Origin: a virus
Lineage: Duplodnaviria; Heunggongvirae; Uroviricota; Caudoviricetes
IMG/VR virus record: IMGVR_UViG_3300020045_008999
Location: 532,786-596,785 of that record
DNA length: 64,000 nucleotides
Strand: one strand, 5' to 3'
The stretch's first letter is position 1; every line of letters starts with the position of its first letter. Made by a program: the position numbers and the translations under genes. The notes under the pieces are model-generated. The model ran no database searches. It was given only the letters and a program-made list of their open reading frames with translations, and had not been told where the DNA came from. This document shows positions 59,232 through 64,000 of the stretch, piece after piece.

Positions 59232-60296
59232 TTATCTATTATGTAAATCATTAATGAAATCTACATCAATTGATTTTAACGTTTCCAAGAATAATTTAGT
59301 TGCATTACTCACATCATCGGTATGTGCCATTTCAACAGTACAGTGCATGTATTTCAATGGTGTTGAAATTATAGCAGTTGGTGTACCACCATTTGCTAAA
59401 AAGAACCCCATTGTATCATTACCATATGATCCAATCTCCAATTGTAATGGTAAGTTTTTATTTTTGGCAACCTCTCTAATTTTCTTCAAAACTTTTCGGT
59501 GGTTCTGTGTAGTGTACTGAATAGATGGGCCTTTACCACCGATCACTTTACCCTCTTTACTTTCGTCCATTTTTGGGGTATTCGTATTATGACACACATC
59601 GTGAACCAATGCTAAATCCGGCTTAAGACGATGTGCTATCATTTTCGCACCATGTAAGCCAACCTCTTCTTGTACTGAATTTACAATATATAAATTAAAT
59701 GGCAATTTAATATTATCTTGTTTCAATTTACGAGCAACCTCAGCAATAATATAACCGCCGATTTTATTATCCAATGATTTTCCGGTCCAGTAGTTACCAA
59801 TTTTAGAAAATTTATCATCGAATATCACCATATTACCAACTTCTATTCCATTTTTATCTACCTCGTCACGAGTTAAACCAAGATCAACCCACAGTTCATG
59901 TGGTTCTGGTCCCTTTACGGTATAACTTTCGCGAGTGTGTACGGCCGGACTCCCAAAAACACCTCTGTGATACTTACCATCATGCGTTCTGACCACTACC
60001 GTCTTGGAGGCAGCAATCATATTATCGGAACCACCATTGCGTTTAACACGAAGCATACCATCAGGATCAATCATATTGACCATCCAACAAATTTCATCAA
60101 CATGCGCTTCCAATACAACAGTTAATGGATTTTCGGTTTCGGATTTTATCAAACAATAAGCAGTACCATATGGGTCTAATTGTACATCATCCACAAATGG
60201 GGTGATGTAATCAGTCCATACTTTCTGACATTCAAACTCTTCACCCACCGGGGAAAATGCATCCATGTAATTAAATAGAAATTTCTTACTCTTCAT
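59232..60296 (-). CDS. M42-family metallo-aminopeptidase
   Basis: AHVDEI, LDNK.G, QEEVGL.GA, DV, YMH. Confidence 0.9.
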   Translation of the reverse strand: MKSKKFLFNYMDAFSPVGEEFECQKVWTDYITPFVDDVQLDPYGTAYCLIKSETENPLTVVLEAHVDEICWMVNMIDPDGMLRVKRNGGSDNMIAASKTVVVRTHDGKYHRGVFGSPAVHTRESYTVKGPEPHELWVDLGLTRDEVDKNGIEVGNMVIFDDKFSKIGNYWTGKSLDNKIGGYIIAEVARKLKQDNIKLPFNLYIVNSVQEEVGLHGAKMIAHRLKPDLALVHDVCHNTNTPKMDESKEGKVIGGKGPSIQYTTQNHRKVLKKIREVAKNKNLPLQLEIGSYGNDTMGFFLANGGTPTAIISTPLKYMHCTVEMAHTDDVSNATKLFLETLKSIDVDFINDLHNR

Positions 60297-60391
60297 AATT
60301 TATAATTTATTTTACACAAAGATATTCAAATATATTTAAAATCATAGATTATATAATATAAAAAAATTATATTTGTATAAAAATATAAGAT

Positions 60392-60592
60392 ATGGAAATG
60401 GTTTATATTTGTACCACTAATTACACACTAAGGAAATTAACCTATGGTAAGCGATATAAAATGATATATCGCGTAGATGGTAATGTAAGCGTAATAGCAG
60501 ACGATGGATCCTGGGTTATATTGACCGAATTCTACTTCGAAGATCCCATTTTATACAGAATTCGTAAAATAAATGAAATTTTAACACAATAG
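60392..60592 (+). CDS. Small SH3-like-family paralog
   Basis: C..N...LTYGKRY...DDG...F...RIRKINEIL; TATATTTG at 60368-60375. Confidence 0.55.
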   Translation: MEMVYICTTNYTLRKLTYGKRYKMIYRVDGNVSVIADDGSWVILTEFYFEDPILYRIRKINEILTQ

Positions 60593-60601
60593 TGAAAAAT
60601 A

Positions 60602-61006
60602 ATGAAGAAAATACCAAATAATTATGTTCCATACAATCAATCCATTCAGTTGAAAATTATAGGTTTTGACGAACCATGTCGGGGATGCCATACTAATATC
60701 GACAAAAATGTGATATTTGAATTTTTAAAAAAACCAACTATGTATTCTGAAATATTTCAGGCAAAAAGTAAGCATTGTATGGCACCAACATATAGTGAGG
60801 CTTTTGATTTTTTCAGAACTGTGTATAACTTGGACACATTTGTTTATCCACTTTGGGATGATGATAATGTCAAAACATATGTATTTTGTTATGGCAACGC
60901 TGATCTACAAATGTCGTATGATGAAATTGAATATCAAACACACCGAGAAGCCGAACTCAACTGTCTTATTAAACTCATTTCAATCGTTCAGAATATTAAA
61001 CAATAA
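60602..61006 (+). CDS. Hypothetical phage protein
   Basis: LK..GFDEPC, APTYSEAFDFFR, REAELNCL.KLI. Confidence 0.65.
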   Translation: MKKIPNNYVPYNQSIQLKIIGFDEPCRGCHTNIDKNVIFEFLKKPTMYSEIFQAKSKHCMAPTYSEAFDFFRTVYNLDTFVYPLWDDDNVKTYVFCYGNADLQMSYDEIEYQTHREAELNCLIKLISIVQNIKQ

Positions 61007-61011
61007 AAAGT

Positions 61012-61233
61012 ATGGATTATTTGTATATAAATTTGCCCAGAATTACAAAAACGAAAATAAATTTTTCAATTTTGAAATCTAATGATTCGTTAGAAGTTAG
61101 AATAAATGAATTAAGTGAATCTCAACTTGACTCACTTTTGGTTGGTTTGGAAAACTTAAAACTAAAAATAGACTTAAGTTTTAAGAAAGCTAATGATGCA
61201 TATGGACCAATTCAAATTTTTAAATTTGAATAA
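61012..61233 (+). CDS. Hypothetical protein
   Basis: ORF. Confidence 0.45.
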   Translation: MDYLYINLPRITKTKINFSILKSNDSLEVRINELSESQLDSLLVGLENLKLKIDLSFKKANDAYGPIQIFKFE

Positions 61234-61237
61234 TATA

Positions 61238-61510
61238 ATGCATTCTAATATGACAATATATTGTGTAAGTCCCAACTACTGCTCGAAATCACTCAACCCC
61301 ATGCATCCTATATTGACGATGTATTCAAAATATGAAACTGTTTTTAATCATAGTGATGACGACTTCGTACAAATTGACCCATATGAATCCATACGCATTT
61401 ATCTAGATCAATCCAAAACGACTTATGCTTTTTATCCGCGGCACGCATTTATATCATGCGCAGAATATAGATCGTTGGTAATTAATGAATTGATAAGAGA
61501 TAAGAGATGA
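61238..61510 (+). CDS. Small protein, related family (EYR..xI.E C-terminus)
   Basis: FIS.AEYRSLVINELI. Confidence 0.5.
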   Translation: MHSNMTIYCVSPNYCSKSLNPMHPILTMYSKYETVFNHSDDDFVQIDPYESIRIYLDQSKTTYAFYPRHAFISCAEYRSLVINELIRDKR

Positions 61511-61737
61511 TAGTAGTTTGTATAAATAATGATAATATGACTGGTGGTGCGCTAGAAATACCAGAATTACTAACTTTAGATAAGTTTTATGATGTCAAAG
61601 GTGTGCATAATATTTTAAATCTTGATACTTATTATCGCATAATTGATGATCGAGGCATAGCATGTTATTACAAAGCATGTCGATTTATGTCGGTAGGTGA
61701 GTATAGACAAAAAAACATAAATGAAATGATAAAATGA
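61507..61737 (+). CDS. Small SH3-like-family paralog
   Basis: MIVVCINN...LT..K.Y...YRIIDDRG...EYRQKNINE. Confidence 0.6.
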   Translation: MIVVCINNDNMTGGALEIPELLTLDKFYDVKGVHNILNLDTYYRIIDDRGIACYYKACRFMSVGEYRQKNINEMIK

Positions 61738-61952
61738 TTGTAGTTTGTAGTAATAATACATTGCTTTTCACAAAAGACACACAACGTATGCAGTATTTGA
61801 CATTGGGTAAGCGATACACGGCATTGCCATGCAGTTTGGTTGGATTTTATAGAATAATATGCGATAATGGCCAGCCTTTAGTCGTGACCAAGGATAGTTT
61901 CTTGACGTTGAATGAATATCGATCGCTTACAATTAGTGAAATATTGAAATAA
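61734..61952 (+). CDS. Small SH3-like-family paralog
   Basis: MIVVCSNN...LTLGKRY...YRIICDNG...EYRSLTISEIL. Confidence 0.6.
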   Translation: MIVVCSNNTLLFTKDTQRMQYLTLGKRYTALPCSLVGFYRIICDNGQPLVVTKDSFLTLNEYRSLTISEILK

Positions 61953-61999
61953 TATGAATTATCTATTGGATTGTAACATTATTTTTCATATATTTGTTC

Positions 62000-62084
62000 G
62001 GTCAATTGGGAGCAACCGTCTAACCAATATGACCAGAATGAGTACCTTCTGTAACCCGGGTGTAAGGGTGCTCACAATACACCC
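62000..62084 (+). ncRNA. Candidate structured leader RNA / small RNA
   Basis: GC-enriched, two hairpins plus an extra 7-bp pairing, directly after TATATTTG (61989-61996). Confidence 0.4.
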
Positions 62085-62105
62085 ACAAATAAATAGTGTT
62101 TGTAC

Positions 62106-62549
62106 ATGAGTCGAATTTATATAGACATGGATGAAGTGATGAGCAATTATTCAAAACTTTTTCAGGCCGAGTTTTCAGATGAGAACAAATATCCACAATC
62201 GCGGAAAGGCTTCTTTGCGGAGCTAGAACCTATTGAGGGAGCTATTGAATCAGTCAAACATTTAATTGACGAATTTGATGTTTGGATATTGACAGCACCA
62301 TCTTATATGAATCCCCATTGTTATACAGACAAACGAGTCTGGATAGAAAAATATTTTGGTTTGGAATTTTGCAAAAAATTGATAATAGCATATGATAAGA
62401 GTTTACTTATTGGTGACTTTTTGATTGATGATAGTATTAAAAACAACCAAAGTAAATTCAATGGCGAGTTAATTCCATTCGGACAAGAACATTATAGTAA
62501 TTGGGTCGAGGTACTTAGGTACCTCGATTCTTTACGATTAAAAGAATAA
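62106..62549 (+). CDS. 5'(3')-deoxyribonucleotidase (HAD, NT5C-like)
   Basis: YIDMDEV, LEPIEGA, ILTAP, K..W, GDFLIDD. Confidence 0.85.
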   Translation: MSRIYIDMDEVMSNYSKLFQAEFSDENKYPQSRKGFFAELEPIEGAIESVKHLIDEFDVWILTAPSYMNPHCYTDKRVWIEKYFGLEFCKKLIIAYDKSLLIGDFLIDDSIKNNQSKFNGELIPFGQEHYSNWVEVLRYLDSLRLKE

Positions 62550-62806
62550 CCATACTTGAATTATACTATTATGTAGTATCGTTAGATGACAGATGATTAC
62601 AAACATTCACATCGCCTAGTTTTATAAACCTAGGCCACCAGCTTGTGGTAGATTATCTGAATAATATAACACATGAACTCTCATTTATAAATATAAAAAT
62701 ATAAAAAATTGCTAACTTTTTTCAACAAACGTGTATATTATGAATAAACAAACTACTACAAATCATTACTTAAATAATTGTGTATTAATGAGTTAGTATT
62801 AAATAG

Positions 62807-63764
62807 GTTGGTACTTATAGTAATCCGTAAGGGAATCACAACGTGAGATTTGAATGCTTTTTTCCCATTGAGGTTGGTACTTATAGTAATCCGTAAGGGA
62901 ATCACAACGTATCTGATAAGCTACAGCTTTTAAATAATGTTGGTACTTATAGTAATCCGTAAGGGAATCACAACGGCACCAGTATCCATTAACCTAGAGG
63001 TAAAGTTGGTACTTATAGTAATCCGTAAGGGAATCACAACAATAGCCCAATTAGTAATAGAGCGAGAATTGTTGGTACTTATAGTAATCCGTAAGGGAAT
63101 CATAACTACATAAATAGGTATTCCCAAATTAGTCAGGTTAGTACTTATAGTAATCCGTAAGGGAATCACAACTGCGTGGTGGTTAACTTCTGAAATGTTA
63201 TCGTTAGTACTTATAGTAATCCGTAAGGGAATCACAACGGTGAGTGAATTTTAAAACATAAAGGTTTGTTAGTACTTATAGTAATCCGTAAGGGAATCAC
63301 AACAACCCATAATTAATTATAATGTAGTTGAGGTTAGTACTTATAGTAATCCGTAAGGGAATCACAACAAGAGTGGAATTATCTCAATTTTACGGTATGT
63401 TGGTACTTATAGTAATCCGTAGGGGAATCACAACAAACGAGATAAAAATGGATACAAAGTTTTTGTTGGTACTTATAGTAATCCGTAAGGGAATCACAAC
63501 GGTCTTAAACTAAAATATCCAAATAACTGGGTTGGTACTTATAGTAATCCGTAAGGGAATCACAACAGAAAATGCTGGATCAAAAAATAACGCATCGTTG
63601 GTACTTATAGTAATCCGCAAGGGAATCACAACCGAAATAGATAACATTATTAGATTTTCAAAGTTAGTACTTATATTAATCCGAAAGGGAATCACAACGA
63701 ATTGGAAGAGTTGGAAAACGATTACCAAGTTAATACTTATATTAATCCGAAAGGGAACTGTCAT
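62807..63764 (+). CRISPR. CRISPR array 2: 15 repeats (GTT(G/A)GTACTTATAGTAATCCGTAAGGGAATCACAAC), 14 spacers of 29-30 nt
   Basis: 66-nt period; degenerate last repeat; no adjacent cas genes seen; leader motif ACAAACTACTACA at 62748-62760. Confidence 0.97.
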
Positions 63765-63781
63765 AAAAAAATAATAAATAT

Positions 63782-64000
63782 ATGAAACAAATTAGAAAAG
63801 GGGTATTTGAAACGAACAGCTCCAGTACACATAGTATTTGTATTGCGAAAGATGTTGAATTAACATTACCGAGTAGTATAAATTTCCTTATTTGGATACA
63901 TTCTCTAGATATGATTTCATAAATGGCATTTTGTACAATGACACCAATATGGAAATTATAAATTCGGTTGTTTTGTTATCTGAATTCGGTTGGGTATCAA
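63782..64000 (+). CDS. FETNSSSTHS-motif phage protein, frameshifted (0 frame stops at 63922; -1 frame open to window end)
   Basis: MKQIRKGVFETNSSSTHSICI; EFGW in -1 frame. Confidence 0.5.

Noticed and set aside
32311-63728. Full self-targeting spacers within the window
   Set aside because: None found by eye, but the search was not exhaustive and needs BLAST
62930-63774. Similar repetitive ORFs in array 2
   Set aside because: Same artefact of the repeat period
1-64000. Alternative genetic code (stop recoding as in some jumbo phages)
   Set aside because: Code 11 gives dense, intact genes, and TAG and TGA both end plausible genes
1-64000. tRNA or rRNA genes
   Set aside because: No cloverleaf with T-loop consensus or rRNA-like stretch recognised
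1-64000. Bacterial chromosome origin suggested by dnaJ, grpE, clp and guaC-like genes
   Set aside because: Interspersed T4-like neck, tail, SSB and gp46/47 genes and many tiny ORFs indicate a phage

Overview
AT-rich (roughly 30% GC by eye), gene-dense segment of a large T4-like (jumbo) phage genome using genetic code 11, very probably infecting a Bacteroidota host (many TAnnTTTG promoters). Recognisable genes: ClpB/C (5' truncated), gp3-like tail terminator, gp13-like neck, gp32-like SSB, fused SbcD-SbcC (gp47-gp46), GrpE, DnaJ, GMP reductase/IMPDH, RNase H, NADAR, RNA ligase plus HD-kinase, M28 and M42 peptidases, a nucleotidase, and a helicase/MTase/nuclease trio. Many small hypothetical genes fill the rest. 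The highlight is a minimal, apparently chimeric type I CRISPR-Cas locus at 26866-34204: stand-alone HD-Cas3, Cas7 and Cas5 resembling the Cas8-less I-Fv (I-F2) Cascade, and a non-I-F Cas6, with no cas1/2/4/8/11 in the window. Its arrays use 36-nt repeats and 29-31-nt spacers, a format typical of Bacteroidota II-C/VI-B loci, but carry a Cas6-type hairpin and 8-nt handle. A second array of the same repeat family lies at 62807-63764. Other signals: attC-like gene cassettes, three promoter classes, shared N- and C-terminal peptide motifs, a structured leader RNA and a candidate -1 frameshift. All homology calls are by-eye motif recognition; no searches were run.
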